From: Theionarchaea archaeon | GTDB lineage: Archaea; Methanobacteriota_B; Thermococci; Methanofastidiosales; SZ-28-30 | NCBI GenBank assembly: GCA_018992565.1 | Contig: JACVGW010000007.1 | Coordinates: 1 to 61,907 of the forward strand | DNA: 61,907 nt | Reading direction: 5' to 3' | Shown: positions 26,719-36,447 of the stretch, piece after piece | Layout: each line of letters opens with the position of its first letter | Numbering within the stretch: the first letter of the stretch is position 1 | Program-made: the position numbers and the translations under genes | The notes under the pieces: generated by a model | The model's database searches: none | Seen by the model: only the letters and a program-made list of their open reading frames with translations | What the model was told of the DNA's origin: nothing

Positions 26719-27528
26719 ATGTACGAACTACCAGATATTCTGGTGCTGGTCCAGCAAATGAACAAAGAATTGAAAGGGAAAGCAATAGAATGTGCGATTT
26801 TTAATGAGAAAGGATACTTCAACCTTCCAAAGAAGGATTTTGAAGGTGTATTAGTTGGAAAGACTATAGAATCGGTAGAGGGAAAGGGAAAGTGGATTTT
26901 TGTGAAACTGTCCTCTGATACGTATATGCAGATAGGCGAGCATACTGGTCATGTGTTATACCATACTGATATCAAGACAATCCCTGATGTCTACACGCTG
27001 AGAGTGGACTTTACTGATAATACCGTACTAACCGTTCGTAACCATGGGATGAGTTTTCTGCGTGTGGTCAAGAAGGAGGAACTGGGAACATTCAGGTATC
27101 CGGGGGCCCTGGGAGTCTCCCCTCTCGATGGTTCATTCACGGCTGAATCCTTTCATGTGATTCTTGAGCAGAACAGCGCCAGGACCCTGAAGGCTGTTCT
27201 CCTGGACCAAACCATACTCGCAGGGTTGGGCAATGGCTATTTTCAGGAGATCATCTTCAGAGCGGGGGTACATCCCAGGAGGAAAGCCGGTGATCTCACT
27301 GAAGAAGAAAGGAGAGGGCTGTATACTGCCATGCGAGATGTCCTCATGAACGCTGTAACACTGGGAGGAAAAGAGGACATCACTGATCTGTATGGCAACC
27401 CGGGAGGGTATCACAAGGTTCTGGGTGCTCACAGTCTGGGAAGACCCTGCCCTGTGTGTGGCACCTCTATTGAAAAAATAAATATTCTGGGCTCTACTAC
27501 GTATATATGTCCATCCTGCCAGAAATGA
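26719..27528 (+). CDS. Fpg/Nei-family DNA glycosylase homolog lacking the N-terminal catalytic proline
   Basis: GGAGGT SD 6 nt upstream, and an in-frame TGA 27 nt upstream fixes the start. The N-terminus is MYELPDI instead of the canonical MPELPEV. H2TH GLGNGYFQEIIFRAGVHP and zinc finger CPVCGTSIEKINILGSTTYICPSCQ are present. Confidence 0.85.
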   Translation: MYELPDILVLVQQMNKELKGKAIECAIFNEKGYFNLPKKDFEGVLVGKTIESVEGKGKWIFVKLSSDTYMQIGEHTGHVLYHTDIKTIPDVYTLRVDFTDNTVLTVRNHGMSFLRVVKKEELGTFRYPGALGVSPLDGSFTAESFHVILEQNSARTLKAVLLDQTILAGLGNGYFQEIIFRAGVHPRRKAGDLTEEERRGLYTAMRDVLMNAVTLGGKEDITDLYGNPGGYHKVLGAHSLGRPCPVCGTSIEKINILGSTTYICPSCQK

Positions 27529-27920
27529 GGTCTCTTATGATCCTGGCAGAAGTGCGGAAATGTCAAGAAGAGAGTACTCTTACATTGCGAATAACAGAAC
27601 GAAGAACACAGAATAATACGTGACCATGAGGGCCCTTGGTTCTCACTGCGAATAGCGGGAGTGTAAGTCTCAGGATTTGGATGACAATCAGGAACCCTGA
27701 AAAGAGAGGCACTTCAGGGAATTCGAATGGAAGCATGGTACACGAGGATGGAGAGAACCAGCTGATCAGCAGAAGCAAAGAATAGAAGGGCAACAGAAAA
27801 ATCCGTGAGCGGATGTGGAATTGGAGGGAGTAGTGCTTGATTTTTCTACATATGTTAGACGAGCCCAGGTTGTGATCGTCATAAAAGGAGAGCTTATAAG
27901 TTAGTATTCGAATAAAACTC

Positions 27921-28733
27921 ATGATGAAACTGATAACTCTAAATGCACAAAACTATGATGATGGTGGAAACTGGGAAACGAGGAAGAAGATGATAGTCAA
28001 CGCTATAGTGCAGTGCAATGCTGATGTTATTGCTTTGCAGGAAATCAGGTTTGATCGCTCCCAGGAATCTACAACCCTAACATATCAGAACATGGGCGAG
28101 CAGATTGTGAGTGACCTCTCCCAATATAGTGGATATGCAACCTGTGCTATCGTGTACCAGTGGGCCCAATACTATGCCAATGGTTCAGTCACTCAGAAAA
28201 TTACAACTACGTGGGAAGGGCTGGGTATCATCTCTCGGCTCCCCATTGTGGAAACAGGTTCTGCTTTTCTGAGTATGCCACAGAATAGCGGAGACAAAAA
28301 CCACAGGATAACGCAATATATTACCGTAACCACCGGTGCAGGGAACACTGTACATGTGTTTAATGCGCACTTCGCAGTATATTCATGGTGCCCCCTCTGC
28401 TTGAATTCGAATGTCACTGAGACACTGGAGTACATGAACAAGATCTCTACAGCATCCAGGGTTCTGGTAGGTGATCTGAACGCACCTCCTGATAATGAAG
28501 AGATCCAACGATTGAAAACGAGTGGCCTTGTGGATATGTGGCCAACATTACATCCCGGGGAGGATGGATTTACATACCCCTCATATCCTACTCCCAATGA
28601 GAGAATCGACTATGTATGGGCTGATAAAGGACTAGCAACCTCTGTAAAAGAGATTGAAATCATCCTGGCAGATCCGCAAAGTGGTGTATATGCCTCTGAT
28701 CACCTGGGACTTGCTGTAACCCTGTCAGTATAA
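27921..28733 (+). CDS. Endonuclease/exonuclease/phosphatase (EEP) family protein
   Basis: MKLITLNAQN, DVIALQEIR, GDLNAPP, IDYVWA, ASDHLGLAV. Confidence 0.85.
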   Translation: MMKLITLNAQNYDDGGNWETRKKMIVNAIVQCNADVIALQEIRFDRSQESTTLTYQNMGEQIVSDLSQYSGYATCAIVYQWAQYYANGSVTQKITTTWEGLGIISRLPIVETGSAFLSMPQNSGDKNHRITQYITVTTGAGNTVHVFNAHFAVYSWCPLCLNSNVTETLEYMNKISTASRVLVGDLNAPPDNEEIQRLKTSGLVDMWPTLHPGEDGFTYPSYPTPNERIDYVWADKGLATSVKEIEIILADPQSGVYASDHLGLAVTLSV

Positions 28734-28869
28734 TAGCTCAAAGTCCTATTCAACCTGTTCCTGCACAGTGGAGAGCACTCAGTTGAACCGAGAGGAGACC
28801 ATACGCTCTGCAGTCTGTGGGAAGAGATATAAGCAGCATCTGCCGCAGAGGGAGAGGAGGAACAATCCC

Positions 28870-29190
28870 ATGTATACATGCAACGTGAATGATAGTGAAG
28901 GAAAGGAAATTATCCCTGGATATCGTGGCAGATTCGTGCATTCTGAGAATATGACGCTGGCCTACTGGAATATTACAGCTGGTGCGGCGCTGCCCGAACA
29001 TACCCACCCTCATGAACAAGTGGTGAATGTAATTGAAGGCACCATGGAATTAACCGTGGAAGGCGAGGTCTACCAGTTAGGAGAAGGCTCAGTCCTGGTA
29101 ATCCCGGGTGGGGTCCCACATGCTGGGAAGTCAATCACCCGATGCAGGGTTATCGACGTATTCTTTCCAGTGAGGGAAGACTATCAGTAG
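28870..29190 (+). CDS. Cupin-domain protein
   Basis: ATG 28870 lies behind GAGGAGG. Cupin motifs LPEHTHPHEQVVNVIEG and PGGVPHAG. Confidence 0.8.
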   Translation: MYTCNVNDSEGKEIIPGYRGRFVHSENMTLAYWNITAGAALPEHTHPHEQVVNVIEGTMELTVEGEVYQLGEGSVLVIPGGVPHAGKSITRCRVIDVFFPVREDYQ

Positions 29191-29364
29191 TACTGCCAAC
29201 CTGGAGACGAGTGCACAGTTTCAGGTCTGATAACCTCTTTCCCGCCATGAGCACTTTGACCCCGAAAAGAGTTGAACGAAGCACTCAACTGACGCAAATG
29301 TTTATGTAGTACACGGTAAGAAAGCAGTAACACAGGAGCTTGACTGCTCTGTGCAGATCTAGAG

Positions 29365-30825
29365 GTGATCCAAATGTTCATAGAATTGGTCATACTGTTA
29401 ATAGCACTCTTCTGTGGTATTTTACTAATACGAGCCAGTCTCTTTGAATCCAGACAGGTATCTGTGGAACCCGTTACTGACATAGCAGTAGACAAGAAAG
29501 CACCTGAACGCCTATCCAGAGCTGTCCAATTCAAGACAGTATCCTATCAGGAAGAGGCCAATTGTGACAGAAAGGAGTTCACAGGACTGCATGACTATTT
29601 GAAGGAAGCTTTTCCCTTGACCCATTCCCACCTGAAGAGAGAAGTCATTGCAGACTACAGCCTGCTCTTCACCTGGAAAGGGAACCCCCAGAGCCGTGCA
29701 CCCATGCTGCTAATGGCCCACCTTGATGTGGTTCCTATCGAACCTGGAACAGAATCAGAATGGGCATACGCACCGTTCTCAGGAGACATCAAAGAAGGAC
29801 ATGTCTGGGGCAGAGGTACCATGGACATCAAAGAAGGTGTCATGGGCATACTGGAGGCTGTAGAAACTTTACTGCAGCAGGGGTTTGAACCAGAGCGTAC
29901 CATCTATCTCGCTTTCGGTCACGACGAAGAAGTTGGCGGCTTAAGAGGAGCTTCCTCGATTGCTGAACTGCTGAGAGAAAGAGGCGTCACATTGGAATAC
30001 GTACTGGATGAAGGAGGCTCTGGTACAATTGGAGTAGTCCCTGGTGTTAGTGTCCCCGTGGCTCTGGTAGGTGTAGCAGAAAAAGGATATATCAGTCTGG
30101 AGCTATCAGTCCGGTCAGAAGGTGGCCACTCTTCCATGCCTCCCAGAGAGACAGCTGCAGGCATTCTATCCACAGCCATCAGTAGGTTGGAGAAGAACAG
30201 GTTTCCATCCAGGTTTGAAGGCGTGGTGAGGGACATGTTTGAGTATACTGGGCCTGAAATGACGTTCCCTAAAAAAATAGTGTTCGCCAATTTGTGGCTA
30301 TTCAAAGCACTGGTCATTAATCAGTTGTCCCAGTCTCCCAAGACAGATGCATTGATTCGCACAACCACAGCCCCCACAATACTGGAAGGAGGTACAAAGG
30401 AGAATGTCCTGCCCAAAAACGTCAGAGCGGTAGTCAACTTCAGGATACTTCCTGGAGAGACTACAGAAACAGTCATCAAGAGAGTTACTGAGGTTATCAA
30501 CGATCCACGGGTGGAAATAACGCAAATGACACAGGCCTGGAACCCCTCTGAGATATCAGACATGAACTCACAGAGTTATGATGCCATCCAGAAGACACTC
30601 AGGCAAGTATTTCCTGATACTGTTGTGGCACCCTATCTGGTCACCGGAGCAACAGATTCCCGTCACTATCTCCCCTTGACCCACAGTGTATTCAAGATCG
30701 TTCCCCTGGTAGCAACATCGGAGGATCTGAGTCGTATTCATGGAACTGATGAACGAATCTCTGTGGACAACTACATGAAGTGCATTCAGTTCTACATCCA
30801 GCTTATCAGAACCTCAGCACAGTGA
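29365..30825 (+). CDS. M20-family metallopeptidase (carboxypeptidase-like) with N-terminal membrane anchor
   Basis: N-terminal hydrophobic helix, MAHLDVVP, GRGTMDIKEG, GHDEEVGG, EGGHSS. Start is GTG 29365 or ATG 29374. Confidence 0.9.
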   Translation: MIQMFIELVILLIALFCGILLIRASLFESRQVSVEPVTDIAVDKKAPERLSRAVQFKTVSYQEEANCDRKEFTGLHDYLKEAFPLTHSHLKREVIADYSLLFTWKGNPQSRAPMLLMAHLDVVPIEPGTESEWAYAPFSGDIKEGHVWGRGTMDIKEGVMGILEAVETLLQQGFEPERTIYLAFGHDEEVGGLRGASSIAELLRERGVTLEYVLDEGGSGTIGVVPGVSVPVALVGVAEKGYISLELSVRSEGGHSSMPPRETAAGILSTAISRLEKNRFPSRFEGVVRDMFEYTGPEMTFPKKIVFANLWLFKALVINQLSQSPKTDALIRTTTAPTILEGGTKENVLPKNVRAVVNFRILPGETTETVIKRVTEVINDPRVEITQMTQAWNPSEISDMNSQSYDAIQKTLRQVFPDTVVAPYLVTGATDSRHYLPLTHSVFKIVPLVATSEDLSRIHGTDERISVDNYMKCIQFYIQLIRTSAQ

Positions 30826-30912
30826 ACTATATATGTCCTGAATTCCTCATGAGAACGTCTCGTCAGATGTACATGTGAGAGAAACGTATGCCTTGCTGCA
30901 GAAGGTGAGAAT

Positions 30913-31113
30913 ATGATATGCTGTCCAAAATGTGGAAGTACTGATGTCGTCATGCGATATGGTGGAAGACTGGGCAGACTTTGGCTGTGCAGGAAATGTG
31001 GTTATCAGGATTGGTTTGTAGTGGATTTTCCCGACGAATCGCTGAAAAAAATGAAGGAAAAGGAAAAGCTCGAGACGCTGGAAAAGAAAATGAGAAATGA
31101 ACCCCGCAGGTGA
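30913..31113 (+). CDS. Small zinc-ribbon protein with Lys/Glu-rich tail
   Basis: CPKCGS...CRKCGY pair, then KKMKEKEKLETLEKKMR. It overlaps the start of the next gene. Confidence 0.5.
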   Translation: MICCPKCGSTDVVMRYGGRLGRLWLCRKCGYQDWFVVDFPDESLKKMKEKEKLETLEKKMRNEPRR

Positions 31114-31117
31114 AGGT

Positions 31118-31531
31118 ATGGGCCCTGATGACTTCGACAAGTTATGGAGAGAACCAATACGGTTTGAAATCACAATCGTGGAGGTTGCTTCTGCATGCAG
31201 AGCCAACCACAAGCAGGGACAGACATTCTCATTCGATTGGAATACACCACAGGGAATATGTGGCGAATCCTTTGTGGGCATGTATCCTCTTCTCTTCTCC
31301 ATGCGTATCGGTGGAGATATGCAAATGCTGGGCTCTCCAGATAGGAATACAAGAATATACACCTGCCCAAGCAGAGTAGTAAAATTCATGATTACAGCTC
31401 GGGAGCAGTGCCCTCTATGCGGAAGTATGGAAGGACTAGAATCATGGCCTATCCCAGTTGGAACCTCTCAGATGAACTTGAAGGTGTGTCCTCAATGCAG
31501 AAAAATTTATGGATGCGACTGCGCAGAATGA
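31118..31531 (+). CDS. TIGR04076-like conserved hypothetical protein with C-terminal Cys4 extension
   Basis: IRFEITIVEV..CRANHKQGQTFSFDWNTPQGICGESF..YPLLFSMRIGGDM...IYTCPSRVVKFMI matches my memory of the TIGR04076 pattern. The extra tail carries CPLCGS...CPQCRK. Confidence 0.6.
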   Translation: MGPDDFDKLWREPIRFEITIVEVASACRANHKQGQTFSFDWNTPQGICGESFVGMYPLLFSMRIGGDMQMLGSPDRNTRIYTCPSRVVKFMITAREQCPLCGSMEGLESWPIPVGTSQMNLKVCPQCRKIYGCDCAE

Positions 31532-31579
31532 AAGTGCATTCTGCTACAGTGAATGGGTACATGTGAACAGTGTGATTGA

Positions 31580-32386
31580 ATGAGCCGGTCTGTAGGGTTG
31601 GTTGGAATTCTCAAAAAAGGATTTCCACTACGGTTTTTCATAGCTCGATTAACCAGAGTTCCTCTTCTGGGAAGGATCATGGACACCATGTTTTTCAAAG
31701 ATGATGGGATCATCTATTTGCCTATTGACAGGGCTATCACTGTCAACGAAGCTGTCGCATCAGAGAGCATGGTGCTGCCTTCCAGTGTTGTGGAACACTT
31801 CATTGAAAAGGCAGCCTATCACTGGGTTATGAATTTCTGCATTTGCCGTGACGCAGCTGCGTGTAAAGACTATCCTGTTGAACTGGGCTGTTTGTTCATG
31901 GGAGAGGCTGCCATGAAGATCAATCCAGAGCTGGGAAGAAGAGTGACAAAGGAAGAAGCGTTAGAACACGTGAGAAAGTGCAGAGAAGCAGGATTAATTC
32001 ATTTGATTGGCAGAAACAAGTTGGATACTGTGTGGCTCAATGTAGGGCCTGGCAATAGACTTCTAACGGTGTGCAATTGCTGCCCCTGTTGCTGTCTCTG
32101 GCGCATGCTCCCTGATCTGGCACCCGAGATTGGAATGAAGGTGACGAAGATGCCTGGTATTACCATGACTGTTACTGACGCCTGTGTGGGATGCAGAACG
32201 TGTGAATCAGTGTGCTTCGTCAATGCAGTAGCTGTAACAGATGGCCGGGCCCAGATACATGAAGAATGCAGGGGTTGTGGTCGTTGCGTTGACGTCTGTC
32301 CTCAACACGCCATCATGGTTTCAGTGGAAGGAGATCCTGTGGAACGGTCAATTGACTTCATTTCTGATTTGGTGGACATTACCTGA
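31580..32386 (+). CDS. Cys-rich Fe-S protein with C-terminal 2x[4Fe-4S] ferredoxin domain
   Basis: NFCICRDAAAC, TVCNCCPCCCLW, then CVGCRTCESVC and CRGCGRCVDVCP. Confidence 0.75.
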   Translation: MSRSVGLVGILKKGFPLRFFIARLTRVPLLGRIMDTMFFKDDGIIYLPIDRAITVNEAVASESMVLPSSVVEHFIEKAAYHWVMNFCICRDAAACKDYPVELGCLFMGEAAMKINPELGRRVTKEEALEHVRKCREAGLIHLIGRNKLDTVWLNVGPGNRLLTVCNCCPCCCLWRMLPDLAPEIGMKVTKMPGITMTVTDACVGCRTCESVCFVNAVAVTDGRAQIHEECRGCGRCVDVCPQHAIMVSVEGDPVERSIDFISDLVDIT

Positions 32387-32844
32387 TTTCCTGGATGATG
32401 CCAGCTGTAGTTGTGAACCCTTGTCAAAGATATACCCTTATGGGGATATTCCTGGTTAAATTATCGTCAGATTAATAAAGTAACTCATCTCAATAAGAGT
32501 GGAAGACCAGAAGAGGATACAGTGAGTGTGCTCTTGAATTCTCACCTCAAGCATACCCCTCCTCCATGGTCACATTTAAACCCGAGTGGACAAACACGGA
32601 TCTTTCACCCCCTTCAGAGTGGGACACAATACTCAGAGATGCAGTCCCTCCGAGTAATTGTCCCACATTGAGGACCTGGAGCAGGCTTACTGCCTCTCTA
32701 TTCATGTTCATTCATGGTCCTCTCTCTCCTTTTTCGTGTTCTTATGATGTGTGGATTGATACACTTACTGCTGAACACCATTTCATCCTCAGAAACGAAG
32801 GTTGAAGCAGAAACCTCTTTAAGCACGCCATTGTAGTATGAATA

Positions 32845-33651
32845 ATGCCACTCAGATCCAACATCAAGAAATCACTCGCAATTTCTGCAATCGGTGTTGT
32901 ATTTGTGATAGGGATGGGAGGTAACATTAACCCACTGGAGTGGAAAACGCAGGTAGACAGATTTTTCTCACCCCAGCAACTTATCCTCCCTGGAGCCACA
33001 GCTGACCTATATGATGAAATGGAGGAAAACGTCAAGGATGACCCTGCACAAGTATTTTCTGTCATTGAATGGAAAGTCCAGTACGCCACAGACCTGTTCA
33101 ACTACCGAGCCCTCAACCACCTGGCAACTGCAGAAGAAGTCCTACGTAGAGGCAGGGACGATTGCGATGGCCAGGCTGTGGTGTTGTGCTCAGTGCTGCG
33201 GTATGCTGGATATGATGCTGTTGCAGTGATTGGCCCGTACCACTCATGGGTCGAAGTGAAAGGTAATCCCCACACCATGATCAATTACAAGGAAGGGACA
33301 TGGTTTGTAAGGTTCAATGAGATGTCGGTTCAATGGAACTACTGGGTATTCTTTCTGGTTCTTGCTGGAGAATTCTTGTTGTTCTTCGTTGGGCTAATAG
33401 TGGTGTTCCACATTGCTGAAACGGGGCTGCCTCACTATGTGAGTGAATCAATGGAGTACCTCAAGTACATGGGCATACTGGCGAGTGCGCTGGTTCTCAC
33501 TGTGTTCGTTATGTCCCGATACTGGGTGCCCGGCCTCATGGTGTGTTCTCTTGCTTTGTTGATTGGTCTGGAAATCATTGCTCAGGTGCGAACTCTGGTG
33601 GGCAGCAGGAGAGAACTCCAGAACTTGCTCTCTGTCGCCAGGAAACTGTGA
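32845..33651 (+). CDS. Membrane protein with transglutaminase-like (Cys-His) core
   Basis: N-terminal TM segment, GRDDCDGQAVVLCSVLRYAGYDA...YHSWVEV, and three or more C-terminal hydrophobic helices. Confidence 0.6.
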   Translation: MPLRSNIKKSLAISAIGVVFVIGMGGNINPLEWKTQVDRFFSPQQLILPGATADLYDEMEENVKDDPAQVFSVIEWKVQYATDLFNYRALNHLATAEEVLRRGRDDCDGQAVVLCSVLRYAGYDAVAVIGPYHSWVEVKGNPHTMINYKEGTWFVRFNEMSVQWNYWVFFLVLAGEFLLFFVGLIVVFHIAETGLPHYVSESMEYLKYMGILASALVLTVFVMSRYWVPGLMVCSLALLIGLEIIAQVRTLVGSRRELQNLLSVARKL

Positions 33652-34044
33652 TGGCCTTTTCTGGACAAAAATCTATACATTTCAAACGTCTAATACACTG
33701 AGAAAGCCGTATTGCGGCAATCCCCAACAACTGAGGACGTGGGGGGCCTATTTGATATGGAGCGGCTCATGCATTAAGAAAATGGCTGGATCGCACACTT
33801 TCAAGCATCTTCCACATTCTCTGGGGTCTATTCTCCCTTCTTCTTATCATTTCGGGCAGCCAATGACATTCTGGTTTTGCTCATCCCTACACCTCGCCTT
33901 GAGATTCTTCTCACAGATCGGGAAAGTCCTCTCTGGGGATGAGCTCGAGTGCATTATGGATGCACGCCTGTCTGCGTACACCCTGCAACGATGGGTGGCA
34001 AAAGCTTATAGTAGTAACCTCTCCACAGTAGCACGGTGATGTGA

Positions 34045-34485
34045 ATGGGAAAATACTATGAGGATCTGGCCATCGGTGAGAAATACACCTCATCGGGAAG
34101 AACCATAACTGAAACTGATGTCGTCCATTTTGCTGGATTGAGTGGAGATTACAACCCGCTGCACACAGACAAGATATTTGCAGAACAATCACAGTTTGGC
34201 CGCAGAATAGCTCATGGGGCTCTGACCTTTTCCATCATGACAGGGCTGTGGGATCAACTGGGGATTATTCGTGAAACAGTAGTTGCCTTCTATGGTGTGG
34301 ATGCAATGAGATTCCTCAACCCCGTTCTCATTGGAACCACCATTCATGCGGAAATAGAGATTTTGGAAAAGAGAGATAGAGGAGAAAATGGAATTGTAGT
34401 CATGCGAAATTCAGTCCTGAATGAGAAAGGTGAGTTAGTCATGATCTGCGATGCTCTCCTGCTCATGAAAAAGAACCCCTCATGA
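34045..34485 (+). CDS. MaoC-like (R-specific enoyl-CoA hydratase/dehydratase, hot-dog fold)
   Basis: TITETDVVHFAGLSGDYNPLHTD...RRIAHGAL. Confidence 0.9.
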   Translation: MGKYYEDLAIGEKYTSSGRTITETDVVHFAGLSGDYNPLHTDKIFAEQSQFGRRIAHGALTFSIMTGLWDQLGIIRETVVAFYGVDAMRFLNPVLIGTTIHAEIEILEKRDRGENGIVVMRNSVLNEKGELVMICDALLLMKKNPS

Positions 34486-34489
34486 TAGA

Positions 34490-35251
34490 CTAAGACTCTT
34501 TCGCCAGTAATGCGGCACCAAGGGCTCCCACAACCTGCGGGTCTTCTGGTATCTCCACTTCTTTTTCCACCTTTCGTTCAAGAGCATGAATCATTCCGGC
34601 GTTCAGTGCCACTCCACCTGTCACCATGATCTTTTCCTTAATGGGTATCTGATGCACCATGGCAAGTACCCGTGATGCAATGGCTTCATGGACTCCTGCA
34701 ATGATATCCTCCTTTTTCTTCCCCTGATTCTTGTAGGAAATAACCTCAGACTCCGCAAAAACTGTACAGGTAGAAGATATTGTGACATTCTCCCTGCATC
34801 TCAAGGATAGATCGCCCAATTCATCAAGCTCAACTTCCAGAGCTCTGGCCATGACTTCCAAAAACCTCCCAGTGCCTGCTGCACACCTATCATTCATCAC
34901 AAAATCCTTCACTTTCCCTGAAGCATCAAGAGAAATTGCCTTGGAATCCTGTCCTCCAATATCAATGATGGTCCGTACCTGGCTGTCCAGGTAGTGGGCG
35001 CCTCTTGCATGACATGTGATCTCAGTCACGGTCCTGTCAGCCATGGGCACCATGTTCCTCCCGTACCCCGTAGCCACTATACCCCGTATGTCTCTACGGT
35101 GAATGCCGGCTTTCTCTACACCCCGCTCCATCAGCTCTTCAGCTGTCTTCACCGTGTCAAACCCACTGGGAATAACAGTGCTTGAGACTACCATATTTTC
35201 AAACAGCACCAGTTTGGCCGTGGCTGCGCCGATGTCAATACCACACCACAT
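34490..35251 (-). CDS. BcrAD/BadFG-type ATPase, activator of 2-hydroxyacyl-CoA dehydratase-like enzymes
   Basis: MWCGIDIGAATAKLV, DIGGQDSK, NDRCAAGTGRFLE, GGVALN. The start abuts the stop of the upstream gene. Confidence 0.9.
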   Translation of the reverse strand: MWCGIDIGAATAKLVLFENMVVSSTVIPSGFDTVKTAEELMERGVEKAGIHRRDIRGIVATGYGRNMVPMADRTVTEITCHARGAHYLDSQVRTIIDIGGQDSKAISLDASGKVKDFVMNDRCAAGTGRFLEVMARALEVELDELGDLSLRCRENVTISSTCTVFAESEVISYKNQGKKKEDIIAGVHEAIASRVLAMVHQIPIKEKIMVTGGVALNAGMIHALERKVEKEVEIPEDPQVVGALGAALLAKES

Positions 35252-36445
35252 TTACTCACCCAGGGATTCCAGAAACGCTTCTATTCTTGTTCTCATTTGC
35301 TCCTCTGCATACACTCGCGAATCAACCATGTCTGCCTCAATGATCACCACAGGTATTCCTGTTTCTTCCTTTATGCACCGGGCAAGATCATACTGCCCGA
35401 GAGAGTAAGGTTTACAGGATCTGTTGCTGTGCATTACCATACCATCCACATCGAAGCGGTGAATGAGAGCAACAATTCTCTCCAGCATCAGATCCATGGA
35501 AATATTCAGATATATCTCCAGATAGTTTCTGGCAAGACTCTCCATGGGATTACCTGTGTCCAGAGCAGCTGAAGCCCAGGCATTAGTATAGGTATCTGCC
35601 ACCAGGCAGGCATGATATTTCTCAAAAAGCTCAGACAGTCCCCTCATGGCATACCAGACAGGTATGTTGTCCCACAGCAGCCGTATGTTCTCGTTCTCCA
35701 CTGCGGCAATTCCTTTCTGAACCCGTGACTCCAGTTCCTGATTTAAGGTCATATAATGGGTTACTGCCTCTTGCGTCCCTCTCAAGGATACAATAGCTGC
35801 CATCTGTGTGAAGGCATCGAAACACGTTAGGGGAGAGGGCTTATACGCCCCGAACTCGAGAGTTCTTGTCCACAATTCCACGCATTTCTTTGAAAGCTCC
35901 AGTGTTCTTACGAATTTCTGCTCATCGAATTCTCTGCCTGTCAATGATTCCAGAGACTCCACTGCCTGCTGGAGTTGAGCTGTAACATATTCTACAGCAT
36001 GGTCTGTAATGGCAGTATGAACAAAGGGAGTATCCACAAACAGGAAAGGAACGTCATAATGTCTGGATGCAATTTCATACCACTTCAAGATGGTGCCACA
36101 GATGTTGTTGCACCCGAAGAGAAAATCCGGGCGAGGCAATCCCCCGATGGGGCTCGTACCCAGGAGAGTGGATCCTCTGTCGCACCGGAAATAGCTACAC
36201 AGGTCACGCGAGAATCCTTCAGCTTCGGCGACTTCGCAGAATTCAGAGCCCTGTTTTGCTGCTCCACAGATTGAAGCGTGGTTTTCCGGGTATAGTGTGA
36301 TGACATCAAAAGGACGCAGCAGCTCCACCGGGGCACCACTGGAAACCCAGCCAACCTTCTGATTGAAGAAGTGGGCAGTCTTTCCCTGCATGTAGTGGCT
36401 TCCAATGAGCTTCTTGAGATTCTCATAGGTATTCAGTTTCTTCAT
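35252..36445 (-). CDS. 2-hydroxyacyl-CoA dehydratase / benzoyl-CoA reductase B-C family subunit
   Basis: ATG 36445 lies behind GGAGGG, which sits inside the end of the upstream gene. VGWVSSGAPVELL, YPENHASICGA, LCSYFRC, MHSNRSCKPYS. Confidence 0.85.
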   Translation of the reverse strand: MKKLNTYENLKKLIGSHYMQGKTAHFFNQKVGWVSSGAPVELLRPFDVITLYPENHASICGAAKQGSEFCEVAEAEGFSRDLCSYFRCDRGSTLLGTSPIGGLPRPDFLFGCNNICGTILKWYEIASRHYDVPFLFVDTPFVHTAITDHAVEYVTAQLQQAVESLESLTGREFDEQKFVRTLELSKKCVELWTRTLEFGAYKPSPLTCFDAFTQMAAIVSLRGTQEAVTHYMTLNQELESRVQKGIAAVENENIRLLWDNIPVWYAMRGLSELFEKYHACLVADTYTNAWASAALDTGNPMESLARNYLEIYLNISMDLMLERIVALIHRFDVDGMVMHSNRSCKPYSLGQYDLARCIKEETGIPVVIIEADMVDSRVYAEEQMRTRIEAFLESLGE

Positions 36446-36447
36446 GG

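Noticed and set aside
27563-27922. 119-aa minus-strand ORF with hydrophobic stretches
   Set aside because: Its start would overlap the start of the divergent EEP gene head-to-head, leaving no promoter space. The sequence is rich in Ser/Leu/Phe/Arg, as expected for an AT-rich spacer. I cannot exclude a shorter real membrane peptide.
33563-34039. 158-aa ORF spanning the gap between the transglutaminase-like gene and the MaoC gene
   Set aside because: It overlaps the 3-prime end of the upstream gene. Its Trp/Cys/Ser-rich composition is not protein-like, and it has no SD.
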